DNA of 64,000 bases, taken from the sequence record SRR31156797_2530; one strand, 5' to 3'. A model generated the notes under the pieces. The model searched no databases. It was given only the letters and a program-made list of their open reading frames with translations, and was not told the origin of the DNA. Positions 1-9,989 of the stretch are shown here, piece by piece. Within the stretch, counting starts at the first letter, position 1. Each line of letters begins with the position of its first letter. Made by a program: the position numbers and the translations under genes.

Positions 1-2
1 AA

Positions 3-179
3 GCCTTGCGTAAAAACGTATTGGCGAAGTGTTACGGCGGTGACGTTTCTCGAAAACGCAAACTCCTAGAGAAACAAAAAGAAGGGAAGAAGCGGATGAA
101 ACAAATCGGCTCTGTCGAAGTACCGCAAGAAGCCTTCATGGCAGTTCTTAAGATGGATGAGGATGAACCGAAGAAGTAA
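3..179 (+). CDS. lepA: Elongation factor 4 (LepA), 3' end only
   Basis: Manual translation [50 protein letters not shown] is the conserved LepA C-terminus; TAA at 177-179. Confidence 0.97.
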   Translation, partial: ALRKNVLAKCYGGDVSRKRKLLEKQKEGKKRMKQIGSVEVPQEAFMAVLKMDEDEPKK

Positions 180-335
180 CTCGTTTCAATTTGAAAAGTC
201 TAATAAAGCAATCTTTTCTTGTGTTAGAAAAAAGTGATTTAACCGTTTATAAAATTTAAACAGTTATACGGATTGTCACTGTTGAATAAAAGGACAAGAA
301 AAAAATCTCTTGCTTGAGAATTTTTAGTTGTCAGC

Positions 336-375
336 GTATGAAAGAGCATCTCATAAGGAGGTGCTTTTTTCATAC
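336..375 (+). terminator. Intrinsic terminator downstream of lepA
   Basis: GTATGAAAGAGCATCTC-loop-GAGGTGCTTTTTTCATAC inverted repeat with T run. Confidence 0.7.
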
Positions 376-700
376 CATTACATAAAAATGAATGAATCCA
401 TAGAGGAAAGCATTTAAAGAAAAGCAGATTATCCAATCGTTCAACTCTGGAATATTTAGCGATGAAGAAAATTCTTTTCAAGCTGCTATTGAAAAAAGAA
501 AATGGGTTGAGTGACCTATCTTAGCAGTGTGATAAAGTTTTGAGTATGATACAAATGTATAAGAGAAGTAGCTCAAAAAAAAGTCTCGGCTATTAACAGA
601 GATAAAGAAATAGCAGCGTATTAATTACTTCTCTCCTGAAACACTATCAAAAAACTAAATTGAGATGCCACTTTTAAATGATCATCAAGAAAGCACGCTA

Positions 701-1000
701 GAAAAAGAGAAGAAGCTTTATTTCTTGACGGCGATCACCAAACCGTTCTACTATCAAATTGATAGCCCTCCGTATGATTCGATAATTAAATGAAGGGTGA
801 GCAATCGACGCCAGCTCACTCAAATATCGTCAATGGAAAATTCAGAGAGTAACTAAATTTTTGGATGCAAAATCCGTATTGAAATGACATCGATCATCAG
901 AGGGAAACAAACATGTTTTACGGGTATTTGAACTTTAAGAATGAAATGTTTCTGTAGTTGATCTAAGTAGCAGGCCGATAGATCAAGCTGTTTTACATCC
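701..1000 (+). pseudogene. Decayed paralog of the PPOX-like flavin-binding gene at 4396-4845
   Basis: 701-760 reads EKEKKLYFLTAITKPFYYQI (vs KETKLYFLTAISKPFYKQL); 912-998 reads HVLRVFEL*E*NVSVVDLSSRPIDQ (vs NVLRVFEIYKGVMSIFDLSKKPIYQ); stops and frame changes present. Confidence 0.85.
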
Positions 1001-1026
1001 ACGAGTAAAAGAAAAGAGGAACGGAA

Positions 1027-1135
1027 ATGAAGTAGGCAGTTACTGGTGCCACAGTGAATTTAGGCAGTCGAGTAGTGAAAGAATTTAGTCGTTTGGTCGA
1101 TAAGAAAGAAATATTTGCTCTTGTGCATACACTGT
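1027..1135 (+). pseudogene. Decayed 5' fragment of an NmrA/QorB-like NAD(P)H-binding gene
   Basis: RBS GAGG then MK*AVTGATVNLGSRVVKEFSRLVDKKEIFALVH, a Rossmann start resembling the gene at 1871. Confidence 0.75.
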
Positions 1136-1287
1136 CTCTATGAGCAATAGTCAGAGCTGCAGAAAAAGCAAGTGAATGACAACGCTATTTCTTATGAGTG
1201 GTGTCGAAAGATGTGAAGACGTAAATCAATTTCATTTGTAACGAAAAAGCCCACTGAGATGTCAGTATCTCAATGGGTTTTTTGGTT

Positions 1288-1755
1288 TTATAAAAATGGC
1301 TCAAGAAAAGATTTGTTTTCAGGTCGTTTGCTTTCCTCTAAACTTGCAATACTTGTTAATAGAGAGAACAGATTGATTTTCGCCATTTTTTCTTCGACAG
1401 TTACTTGCAATTCATTATACGCACCATCCAGTACTTCTTGTATATTTGCACCAACAATGCAGTCTGGATTCGTTTTAGGATCGACTTGAATGAGATTTGT
1501 GTTTCCATGAATACTTTTATATATATCAAGTAGACTAATATCTTTGGGGTCCTTTGCTAAATAGGGCTTTGGTTTCCCAGTAGTTGTTCGAATCAGTCCA
1601 GATTTTTTTAAGTTTGCCATTATTTTTCTGACATTTGCAGCATTAGTTTCTACACTTTGAGCAATCATCTCACTTGAGAGCATATTAGTATCTTTATAGA
1701 TGACGATATAACACATAATATGAATTGCATCACTGAGTTGAATAGAATATTTCAA
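1288..1755 (-). CDS. Rrf2 family transcriptional regulator
   Basis: LSDAIHI..SSEMIAQSV..NVRKIM..ISLLDIY Rrf2 pattern; TNPDCIVG Cys motif; divergent from a quinone reductase. Confidence 0.92.
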   Translation of the reverse strand: MKYSIQLSDAIHIMCYIVIYKDTNMLSSEMIAQSVETNAANVRKIMANLKKSGLIRTTTGKPKPYLAKDPKDISLLDIYKSIHGNTNLIQVDPKTNPDCIVGANIQEVLDGAYNELQVTVEEKMAKINLFSLLTSIASLEESKRPENKSFLEPFL

Positions 1756-1818
1756 GTGAATTCAGTCCTTTTTAGATTTTCTTCTTGACTTATCTTAACA
1801 TACTATTTATTATATAGG

Positions 1819-1837
1819 TGTATCTTATAATTGTACA
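1819..1837. promoter_or_regulatory. Putative Rrf2 operator TGTA-N11-TACA
   Basis: TGTATCTTATAATTGTACA just downstream of TTGACT...TATTAT in the divergent intergenic region. Confidence 0.55.
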
Positions 1838-1870
1838 GCTGAATGTACGAACTAAAAAGGAGTGTTTTAT

Positions 1871-2716
1871 ATGACATATTTAGTAACAGGAGCTACTGGT
1901 GGTTTTGGAGGATATGCACTTGAATTCTTGAAAGATTTAGTTTCTAAAGATCAGATCTATGCTTTGGTACGATCTGAAGAAAAAGCAGCTACACTAAAAG
2001 AGAAAGGCTACAATGTAAGAGTAGGGGATTATTCTGACATCAATTCGTTGAGTAACGCTTTTGACGGCATTGACCGCTTGCTTTTTGTGTCTGGCGCACC
2101 AGGCAATCGTCAAGAAGAACATGCTAATGTGGTTAAGGCAGCCAAAGACGCTGGTGTTCAGTATATTGCTTATACAAGTTTTGCTGATGCAGATCACTCA
2201 ACAAGTGCATTAGCTGCTGATCACATCTTTACTGAAAAACAAATCAAAGAAGCGGGAATTGCGCATACATTTTTACGTAATAACTGGTATTTAGAAAATG
2301 AAATGCCGATTATTGGCGGTGCTTTAGCTAGTGGGAAATTCGTTTACGCAGCTAAAGAAGGCAAAACCGGCTGGGCTTTGAAGCGCGAATATGCTGAGGT
2401 TGCTGCAAAAGCACTAGCAGGAACAGAATACCCTGAAATCCTTGAATTATCGGGCAGCCCTATTACTTATGCTGAATTAGCAGCAGCTTTAAAAGAAGCA
2501 ACAGGGAAGGAAATCGAAGTAGTTTCATCTGATGATCAAACCTTTGTAGATAGTTTGACAGCAGGCGGTTTACCACAACCTGTTGCAGAAATGTTCTTGT
2601 CTTTCCAACATGATATTAAAAATAATCAATTAGATGTGACATCTAGTGACTTTGAACAAGCTTTGGGTAAACCTTTGACGAGTCGCGTAGAAGCAATCAA
2701 AGAGTTGTTAAATTAG
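1871..2716 (+). CDS. NAD(P)H-binding SDR/NmrA protein (QorB/YtfG-like quinone oxidoreductase)
   Basis: YLVTGATGGFG Rossmann motif, GDY, LRNNWYLEN. Confidence 0.9.
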   Translation: MTYLVTGATGGFGGYALEFLKDLVSKDQIYALVRSEEKAATLKEKGYNVRVGDYSDINSLSNAFDGIDRLLFVSGAPGNRQEEHANVVKAAKDAGVQYIAYTSFADADHSTSALAADHIFTEKQIKEAGIAHTFLRNNWYLENEMPIIGGALASGKFVYAAKEGKTGWALKREYAEVAAKALAGTEYPEILELSGSPITYAELAAALKEATGKEIEVVSSDDQTFVDSLTAGGLPQPVAEMFLSFQHDIKNNQLDVTSSDFEQALGKPLTSRVEAIKELLN

Positions 2717-2723
2717 TCTTGCT

Positions 2724-2759
2724 ATTTCCCGATTATCGAAAATAATCGGGAAATTTTTA
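2724..2759 (+). terminator. Hairpin between the SDR gene and the macrodomain operon
   Basis: ATTTCCCGATTAT-CGAAA-ATAATCGGGAAAT followed by T run. Confidence 0.6.
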
Positions 2760-2776
2760 TAAAGAAGGTGTTGACG

Positions 2777-3586
2777 ATGAACCATAGCGAAAAGAGGAAA
2801 TGGCTGATTAACTATTTATTAGAGGAAAACAGTCACTTAAGTAAAATAGTAGATGCTAGCTCGGATGATCCGAAAGAACAAAATGATTTATTGCGATGCT
2901 TATTAAATATAAGAGAAGCGCGACCTATTCATAAGGACTTTATTGACATTCAAAATCAATTTCTTTTAGAAGAAAGAGCTGAAAATCAGATTTTTTCACT
3001 AAACGATGCGCAACAGTATACAAAAAACCTTTATCTCTGGCAAGGAGATATCACGAGGTTGGAAGTGGACGCCATCGTAAACGCTGCAAACGCACAGCTA
3101 CTAGGATGTTTTGTTCCATTACACAGGTGCATCGACAATGCGATCCACTCTGCAGCAGGTATTCAATTAAGACTAGCATGCAAAGAAATCATGGACGCAC
3201 AAGGGCATTTGGAAGAAACCGGCTATGCAAAAATCACCGACGGCTATAACTTGTCTGCAAAAAAAGTGATACATACTGTTGGGCCAATCATAAAAGATAC
3301 CGTAACTAAAGAACACGTATCCTTATTGGCTGACTGTTATCGTCGCGTCTTGTTGCTTTGCGAAGAGTATCAATTGAAGAGCGTCGCTTTTTGTTGTATC
3401 TCAACAGGAGAATTTCGTTTTCCCAATGAGTTAGCTGCAGAGATCGCTATCAAAACAACGCAAGAATATGTAACGCGTGTTCATTCACCTATAAAAATTA
3501 TTTTCAATGTGTTTAAAGACATTGATAAGGAGTTGTACCATGAAAAACTACAACAATTATCAGGAAGTTTATCAAAAGATAACTGA
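2777..3586 (+). CDS. Zn-dependent macrodomain protein (protein-ADP-ribose hydrolase)
   Basis: WQGDIT, AIVNAAN, CFVPLHRC (Cx4HxC zinc loop), IHTVGP, CISTGEFRFP. Confidence 0.93.
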   Translation: MNHSEKRKWLINYLLEENSHLSKIVDASSDDPKEQNDLLRCLLNIREARPIHKDFIDIQNQFLLEERAENQIFSLNDAQQYTKNLYLWQGDITRLEVDAIVNAANAQLLGCFVPLHRCIDNAIHSAAGIQLRLACKEIMDAQGHLEETGYAKITDGYNLSAKKVIHTVGPIIKDTVTKEHVSLLADCYRRVLLLCEEYQLKSVAFCCISTGEFRFPNELAAEIAIKTTQEYVTRVHSPIKIIFNVFKDIDKELYHEKLQQLSGSLSKDN

Positions 3587-4385
3587 AGCAGAGGCAATCG
3601 TTATCGGTGCTGGATCAGGCCTTTCTGCTGCTGCCGGGTTAACCTATTCTGGTGAACGGTTCAAAAAATATTTCAGAGACTATATTGATTATTATCATTT
3701 AACCGATATGTATTCTGCCGGATTTTATCCCTTCGATTCATTAGAGACGTATTGGGGTTATTGGAGTAAACATGTTTTTCATAATCGATATCAGCCTGAG
3801 GCTTTGCCGCTATATAAAGAGCTTCTATCTTTGGTAGAAGAAAAAAATTACTTTGTCATTACTACTAATGTAGATCATCAGTTCCAAAAGACGGGCTTTG
3901 ATAAGAGACGATTATTTTATACACAAGGTGATTATGGGTTATTTCAATGTTCACGTGCCTGCCATAACAAGACGTACGAGAATGAATCATTGATTATGCA
4001 AATGGTCGATCAGCAGAGTCAGTTCAAAATTCCCAAGCACCTCATACCATATTGCCCCAAATGTGGACAACTGATGCGGGTCAATTTACGGATAGATCAA
4101 TTTTTTGTACAAGATGATGGTTGGGAAAGCGCAGCTAACCGATACAAAGAATTTCTAGAAAATTATTTAGGTACTAAAATCGTTTTTTGGGAGATCGGCA
4201 TTGGTAACAACACGCCTTCCATTATAAAATATCCATTCCAAGAAATGACGAGGGCAACGAATCAGTCGACCTATATCGTCTGTAACCAACAAGCACAATG
4301 CATACCAGATGAACTCATGGATAAAACGATTATTCTGCAAGGAAATATAGTTGAAACGATCAGAGAAATCGATCATTTTAGATAG
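3540..4385 (+). CDS. Class M sirtuin (SirTM-type ADP-ribosyltransferase)
   Basis: IGAGSGLSAAAG, ITTNVD, YTQGDY (Gln in place of the deacylase His), CSRACH/CPKC zinc ligands; RBS TAAGGAG before ATG 3540; overlaps the macro gene. Confidence 0.9.
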   Translation: MKNYNNYQEVYQKITEAEAIVIGAGSGLSAAAGLTYSGERFKKYFRDYIDYYHLTDMYSAGFYPFDSLETYWGYWSKHVFHNRYQPEALPLYKELLSLVEEKNYFVITTNVDHQFQKTGFDKRRLFYTQGDYGLFQCSRACHNKTYENESLIMQMVDQQSQFKIPKHLIPYCPKCGQLMRVNLRIDQFFVQDDGWESAANRYKEFLENYLGTKIVFWEIGIGNNTPSIIKYPFQEMTRATNQSTYIVCNQQAQCIPDELMDKTIILQGNIVETIREIDHFR

Positions 4386-4395
4386 GAGCGCATTC

Positions 4396-4845
4396 ATGGA
4401 CCATTCAAAAATGAAGACAGAAGATTATTTGAATTATTTAAAAAATGAGATTCATTCTACTGTGTTCGCCACAGTAGACGAAAACGGAAATCCGGTCACC
4501 AGGGTAATCGATATTATGTTGGTGAAAGAAACGAAGCTGTATTTTTTGACTGCAATATCCAAGCCGTTTTATAAACAGCTCAAAATGAACCCGGTCGTTT
4601 CCATCACAGGTATAGAAGGAGAAACATCAATGGAATCGTTTTCTATTACCTTACAAGGGAGAGTAAATGAAATAGGCTCTACCTATTTAGATGAAATTTT
4701 CGAGAAAAATCCTTACATGGCAAAAATATACCCCTCTGTAGAAGACCGAAATGTTTTACGAGTCTTTGAAATTTATAAAGGCGTTATGTCAATCTTTGAT
4801 TTAAGCAAAAAGCCTATCTATCAAAACGTTAAATCTTTCGGATAA
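4396..4845 (+). CDS. Pyridoxamine 5'-phosphate oxidase-like flavin-binding protein
   Basis: VFATVDENGNPVTRVI, LYFLTA..KPFYKQL..NP split-barrel motifs. Confidence 0.85.
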   Translation: MDHSKMKTEDYLNYLKNEIHSTVFATVDENGNPVTRVIDIMLVKETKLYFLTAISKPFYKQLKMNPVVSITGIEGETSMESFSITLQGRVNEIGSTYLDEIFEKNPYMAKIYPSVEDRNVLRVFEIYKGVMSIFDLSKKPIYQNVKSFG

Positions 4846-4869
4846 CTCAAAGCAAAAGGAGACAATCAC

Positions 4870-5397
4870 ATGGCAAATAAAGTATCAGAAGAGGAAATGA
4901 ACGAAGAAGAGTGGTTAAGCTGGTATAAGAAGCAGGAATTACCACAATATCTAAAACCAGCATTTACTGTTGACAATTTGATATTCAATGTCACGTCGGA
5001 CGCAGTATACATTTTACTTGTCAAAAGAAAAAATCATCCTTTCAAAGGAAGGTTCGCTTTGCCAGGTGGCTTCGTTAACGAAGGAGAAAATATCATTAAA
5101 GCCGCCATCAGAGAGTTAAAGGAAGAAACGGGCGTGGAAGTGCAGGAAGTTTCTTTATTAGGTGTATATGGAGATAAAAATCGGGATCCCCGTGGATGGA
5201 CTATTTCTGCTGTCTATATAACTGTTCTACAGCAGATGAAGACTCTTTATGCAGGAGATGATGCTTCTGAGGCTTTTTGGTATAGGGTTGATAAGGATAA
5301 AGTACTCTATCAATATGTTACGTCAAAAGAACGATCCTCTACGGAGAACTGGGAATCTCTTTTTGCTTTTGATCATGCGCAAATCATCCATGAATGA
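4870..5397 (+). CDS. Nudix hydrolase (ADP-ribose pyrophosphatase/NrtR N-terminal type)
   Basis: Intact Nudix box GGFVNEGENIIKAAIRELKEETG, RDPRGW, AGDDA, AFDH; no C-terminal wHTH. Confidence 0.88.
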   Translation: MANKVSEEEMNEEEWLSWYKKQELPQYLKPAFTVDNLIFNVTSDAVYILLVKRKNHPFKGRFALPGGFVNEGENIIKAAIRELKEETGVEVQEVSLLGVYGDKNRDPRGWTISAVYITVLQQMKTLYAGDDASEAFWYRVDKDKVLYQYVTSKERSSTENWESLFAFDHAQIIHE

Positions 5398-5957
5398 TTT
5401 AAGTGGTTGAACGACGAATTAAGGCAAAGAGGCCTTTAACAAGTAGAAGCGATGTGGCTTAATTTTTTCGAGTGGGGATAATTATTTATATGATACAATT
5501 GATTGATCGCCGGCGACTTTTGCCATCGCTTTCCTGATATCCTCTAAAAACCATGGATAGTCAGTTTGGTTCCGTTGTAATGAGCTACTTCTGAGGATTT
5601 GTCAGACTTAAAAGATGATGGCTTCAAATCCTCACTTCTTTCTCTTAGTAATAGTCAGCTTTGTTATAATCCTGTTTTACACAAAAGTAGTTGATTTATC
5701 TAGGAATAAGGTGGGTTAGACATAACTGGAATTGATAAGGAGGATCTGAACGAATAATCTACTTTGACGAATCTCATCTAGAAGAATAGAATGAAAGTAC
5801 CTTCGTGAGAAGGTGTTTTTTTTATAGTAAAGAAATGACCAAAAGAACTTAATCTATTTTTTTATGATTTCAATCTAATGATAGTTGGCTAAGTGATAGA
5901 GCTTTGGTTTCATAAAGAAAATCACACGATTTTGATTGGCAAAAGATAGGAGATGTT

Positions 5958-6914
5958 TTGTGCATGAACGCATTGTACTTTAAAGAATTTGGCGATTCAG
6001 ATGTGTTAACTTATGGTGAATTGCCTGATCCCGTCATTCAAGAAAATGAGCTAATGATAGAAATGATGTATATTGGGTTGAATTATGCAGATATTTATCG
6101 AAGAAAGGGCAGCTATCATATTGAATCCCGAGACCCTTTTATCAATGGCTATGAAGGAGTAGGGAAGATTGTTCAAAAAGGAAGATCAGTCTCTAAGTTT
6201 CAGCTAGGGGAAACGATTCTTTTTGTGGATGTTCCTTTTGCTAATGCAGAATTGGTGGCTGTTCCTGAGGAAAATGCCATCCATATTCCATCAGGTATAC
6301 CATCTAAATTAGCAGCCAGTATTGGTCTGCAAGGGTTGACAGCTGATTTTTTAGCCCATGATCTTGGCAATAATGTGAATAATAGTAAGGTCTTCGTCCA
6401 TGGGATAAGTGGTGGTGTTGGACAAATTTTATCGCAACTATTAACCGCAGATGGTCTAGAAGTTTATGGCGTCACTTCCACGGAAGAAAAGCGACAACTG
6501 GCTTTAGACCAAGGAGCAAAACAAGTCTTTTTAAGAAATACAGAATGGCAAGAAACCTATACTTCTTTCTTTGATACCGTTTATGATGGCATTGGGCATA
6601 CATTAGCCGAAAGTGTCGACTTGCTCAAAAATAGAGGGAAGGTTATCTTTTTTGGCATGGCCGGCGGAAATCCGCCAGCGATCGACTTTATTCCCTTGTT
6701 ATCAAAATCAAAAAGTATTTTAACAGGGGATCTGTGGGATTACTTGACAAGTTTTCAAGAGCGGGAGAGAAGAAGCACCCGACTGTTTACTTACTTTAGC
6801 AAGGATCAAATGAAAATCAGTCAACCAACCATTTTTTCCTTAGCTGACGGAAAAGCTGCCCATGATTATTTAGAATCTGGAAAAAGTGTCGGGAAAATTT
6901 TGCTGCAACCATAA
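5958..6914 (+). CDS. Zeta-crystallin/MDR family quinone oxidoreductase
   Basis: GLNYADIYRRKG, GYEGVG, HGISGGVG, GKILL. Confidence 0.9.
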   Translation: MCMNALYFKEFGDSDVLTYGELPDPVIQENELMIEMMYIGLNYADIYRRKGSYHIESRDPFINGYEGVGKIVQKGRSVSKFQLGETILFVDVPFANAELVAVPEENAIHIPSGIPSKLAASIGLQGLTADFLAHDLGNNVNNSKVFVHGISGGVGQILSQLLTADGLEVYGVTSTEEKRQLALDQGAKQVFLRNTEWQETYTSFFDTVYDGIGHTLAESVDLLKNRGKVIFFGMAGGNPPAIDFIPLLSKSKSILTGDLWDYLTSFQERERRSTRLFTYFSKDQMKISQPTIFSLADGKAAHDYLESGKSVGKILLQP

Positions 6915-7187
6915 GAAAGTAAAAAAGCTAAATGACTTTATCATAAAAGATACACCGAATGTTTGCTAATTCACTAAATTATCTTTTTATATAATCGATA
7001 CTTTTCTTATGATAAATCATTAAGGATAAAAATAAGTATAAAATGAGTAGAATATTGCAAGAATCTAATGTTTTCTGTTTCTTCAGTGAGAATCAGATAA
7101 AACTTTGTGATAAACAGTACATTTAATTTGAAAATATTTAATTACAGCAGTAAGATAAATATATCAAATACTTAAGGAGTGATATCT

Positions 7188-7439
7188 ATGACAAACTATG
7201 AAGAAAAGGAAGCAAAAGCATTGGTAAAGATTGCCGAGGTTCTTGATAAGTTAGATGAGAATTTAGCTGAATTAGACACACTAGATGCTGACGCAAAAAA
7301 ACATAGTATGAAGAAATGGATCGTTGAGAAAAAAGCGATTCACGAAATCAAAAAGATCGCACACGAAGCCGGTAAGTATGAAAAGTACGATGAAAAAGCA
7401 CTACAAAAAGAAATTGATGAAGTTGAGAAGTATATGTAA
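7188..7439 (+). CDS. Small charged helical hypothetical protein
   Basis: Strong RBS AAGGAGTG, coding-like composition, downstream hairpin. Confidence 0.75.
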   Translation: MTNYEEKEAKALVKIAEVLDKLDENLAELDTLDADAKKHSMKKWIVEKKAIHEIKKIAHEAGKYEKYDEKALQKEIDEVEKYM

Positions 7440-7757
7440 TTGAAGAAAAATAAGAAATTGTCTTCATTATTCAGCAATTGAAATCTGAATTGATAAAAGC
7501 CAGATTCTAATTGAAGATTTAGAATGGATGATGATCTCACTAAGCCCATGCTCTTATGAGTGTGGGCTTGTTTGCTGTACATATGATTAAACACGACAAG
7601 CTGAATAGGCATAAAAGATCATGTTCTACAACGACAAGATAAAACCTTAGTTAAAGGGAGACGGGGAAAAATCAAAAAAACAAAGAAAGTCTGTTTTTTC
7701 GTTTTTTTCATCGACTTTCTCCATTTTTTTAGACAAGCTTTTCGCTTATTCTAAATT

Positions 7758-7771
7758 TATGAGCGGTATCA
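7758..7771. promoter_or_regulatory. cre-like (CcpA) site upstream of GH115
   Basis: TATGAGCGGTATCA, one mismatch to TGWNANCGNTNWCA. Confidence 0.45.
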
Positions 7772-7936
7772 AAGTAAAAAGTTAACAAAACGTTTAGACC
7801 ATTTGAAAATACCTTTGCAGAAAATAGTGACGAGAGATTTATGGCTGATATGCAATTCGATTGCCTTTTACAACATAGTAGAAAGTTCTTTATTGAAGAT
7901 AAAATAATAAACTATATGGATGAAACGGGTGATTAC

Positions 7937-9979
7937 ATGGAAACAACATTTTTCATTTCTAAAAATACTTCTGTTACGTCAAAACAGTTGGAAAATGAAG
8001 TGATTGGACATGCTTGCGAGATCTTGCAACGTGACATTTTAACCGTTGTGACAGACACGAGGAAGGCAAATAAAATTGAATTGGTTTTACTTGATGAAAA
8101 AAATGAAACGGATGCTTTTCATATACTTTTCGTATCGCCAGATAAAGTAAAAGTGTGTGCTGAAACACCGTTAGGATTAATGTATGGGGTTCTTGAAATC
8201 TCTCATAAAATTTTAGGTGTTCAACCCTTTTGGTATTTCATGGAGATTCCCCCAATAAAAAAGCCATTTATTGAATGGACAGGTTTTGACTTAACATTGC
8301 CTGATTTTGCAACGGACTATCGGGGCTGGTTCGTTAATGATGAGTTGCTGCTGGATCAATGGGAAGATAATGGTTCAAATGAATATGTATGGGAACGTAT
8401 TTATGAAACATTGTTACGTTTAGGCGGAAATGTCATCATCCCTGGAACAGATAAGAACAGTCATAGACATCGAGAAAGTGCGCAAGCGATGGGGTTGATC
8501 TATACACATCATCATGCCGAGCCACTAGGCGCTGAGATGTTTGCTAGAAGGTATCCCAGTTTGAAGGCTTCATACGAGGAACATTTTGTGTTGTTTCAGG
8601 AATTATGGAAAAAAGCCTTACACGAGCAAAAAGGTACCAAGGTTATTTACACACTCGGTTTTCGTGGACAAGGGGATTGTCCTTTTTGGTCAGAAGATCT
8701 TGATCGACAGTGGTCTGCAGCGGAAAAAGCAGCAGTGATCAATGAAATCGTCCATCTACAATATCATATGGTTAAAGAAGTCGATCCTCATGCAGTATGC
8801 TCGATGAACATTTATGGGGAGATGACGGAATTATTTAATCTTGGCTTACTTGAGCTTCCAGATGATGTGATTGAGATTTGGGCGGATAATGGTTATGGCA
8901 AAATGGTTTCTCGTAGACAAGGGAATCACGATCCACGAGATGAGGTGTTAACAAACACACCAAAACCAAATCAATCAAGAGGAATCTATTATCACGTTGC
9001 CTTTCATGATTTACAAGCATCTAATTTCTTGACGATCTTGCCTAATAGCCCAGAATTTGTTTCTAGAGAGTTAATGGCGGTTAGAGAAGTCAAGATGGAT
9101 AAGTTTGTCTTAGTTAATACAGGTAACATAAAACCGCATATTTTGTTCTTACAAGAAATAGCGAATTTCTGGCGAGCAGATTATCAGTTACGAACCAATC
9201 AAGAGATAATTTTAGAGCATGTAACACAATACTATCAAAATCAGCAAGAAGAGATCCAAGCTGTCTATGAAGCTTGCTTTGAAGCGGTTATCCGCTATGG
9301 AACATATGAGGATCAAACCGCTGGGGATGAGTTTGCCTGTTATTTGATTCGAAAAATTATTCAATCCTGGCTCAAGCAAGAAACAAAAATTCCGAGGTTA
9401 GAATGGTTGACGGGTGATCGGAAAATCAAGGAGCAAGTCACAGAAATTTTCTCTATGGTAGGAGAAAAGATAGTAGCCTGGGAGAATCTATTGCTGAGAT
9501 GCCAGCAGATTACATTATCCCTTCAGGATAAAAATCCGGAAAATGCTCGCTTTTTTAATGATATTTACCTCTCAGTAGCCGTTCAATGCAAAACATTAAA
9601 AGCACTGCTCCGTTTGTTAGACGCTTATCAGATGATTGATCGGGAAGAAATGGTTTTTGTATTTGTAAAAGTTTTCGATGCGTTAGAAGAAATCCATCAA
9701 CTAATTCAAATACTGAAAGAAAATCCAAGTGATACATGGTATGATTTTTATGAAAACGATGGCTATACCAACCTAACATTGACAAAAGAGATGATTAAAA
9801 GTCTGTTGTCTTACATTCGCATCATTGGCGATGGTCCAGATCAAGACCAGTGGGAGAGAAAATATATTATGGACTCCATTGAATCAAGAGTTATGTTGCT
9901 TTCAAATACTAAAAAAGCGTTGACGGATGAAAAGTTAGCAAGAAAAATCAGAGTAAGTTTTAGAAAAGTTCGTAAATAA
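7937..9979 (+). CDS. Glycoside hydrolase family 115 (alpha-glucuronidase-like)
   Basis: YRGWFVNDE, ETLLRLGGN, THHHAEPLG, LGFRGQGD, WADNGYG, GIYYH, VNTGNIKP; start moved to ATG 7937 by RBS. Confidence 0.85.
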   Translation: METTFFISKNTSVTSKQLENEVIGHACEILQRDILTVVTDTRKANKIELVLLDEKNETDAFHILFVSPDKVKVCAETPLGLMYGVLEISHKILGVQPFWYFMEIPPIKKPFIEWTGFDLTLPDFATDYRGWFVNDELLLDQWEDNGSNEYVWERIYETLLRLGGNVIIPGTDKNSHRHRESAQAMGLIYTHHHAEPLGAEMFARRYPSLKASYEEHFVLFQELWKKALHEQKGTKVIYTLGFRGQGDCPFWSEDLDRQWSAAEKAAVINEIVHLQYHMVKEVDPHAVCSMNIYGEMTELFNLGLLELPDDVIEIWADNGYGKMVSRRQGNHDPRDEVLTNTPKPNQSRGIYYHVAFHDLQASNFLTILPNSPEFVSRELMAVREVKMDKFVLVNTGNIKPHILFLQEIANFWRADYQLRTNQEIILEHVTQYYQNQQEEIQAVYEACFEAVIRYGTYEDQTAGDEFACYLIRKIIQSWLKQETKIPRLEWLTGDRKIKEQVTEIFSMVGEKIVAWENLLLRCQQITLSLQDKNPENARFFNDIYLSVAVQCKTLKALLRLLDAYQMIDREEMVFVFVKVFDALEEIHQLIQILKENPSDTWYDFYENDGYTNLTLTKEMIKSLLSYIRIIGDGPDQDQWERKYIMDSIESRVMLLSNTKKALTDEKLARKIRVSFRKVRK

Positions 9980-9989
9980 TATTAATTTG

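Noticed and set aside
239-481. 80-aa minus-strand ORF
   Set aside because: Spans a terminator in AT-rich DNA; no RBS or motif
5490-5650. Possible minus-strand gene fragment (DYPWFLEDIRKAMAKVAG)
   Set aside because: Too short to assign without a search
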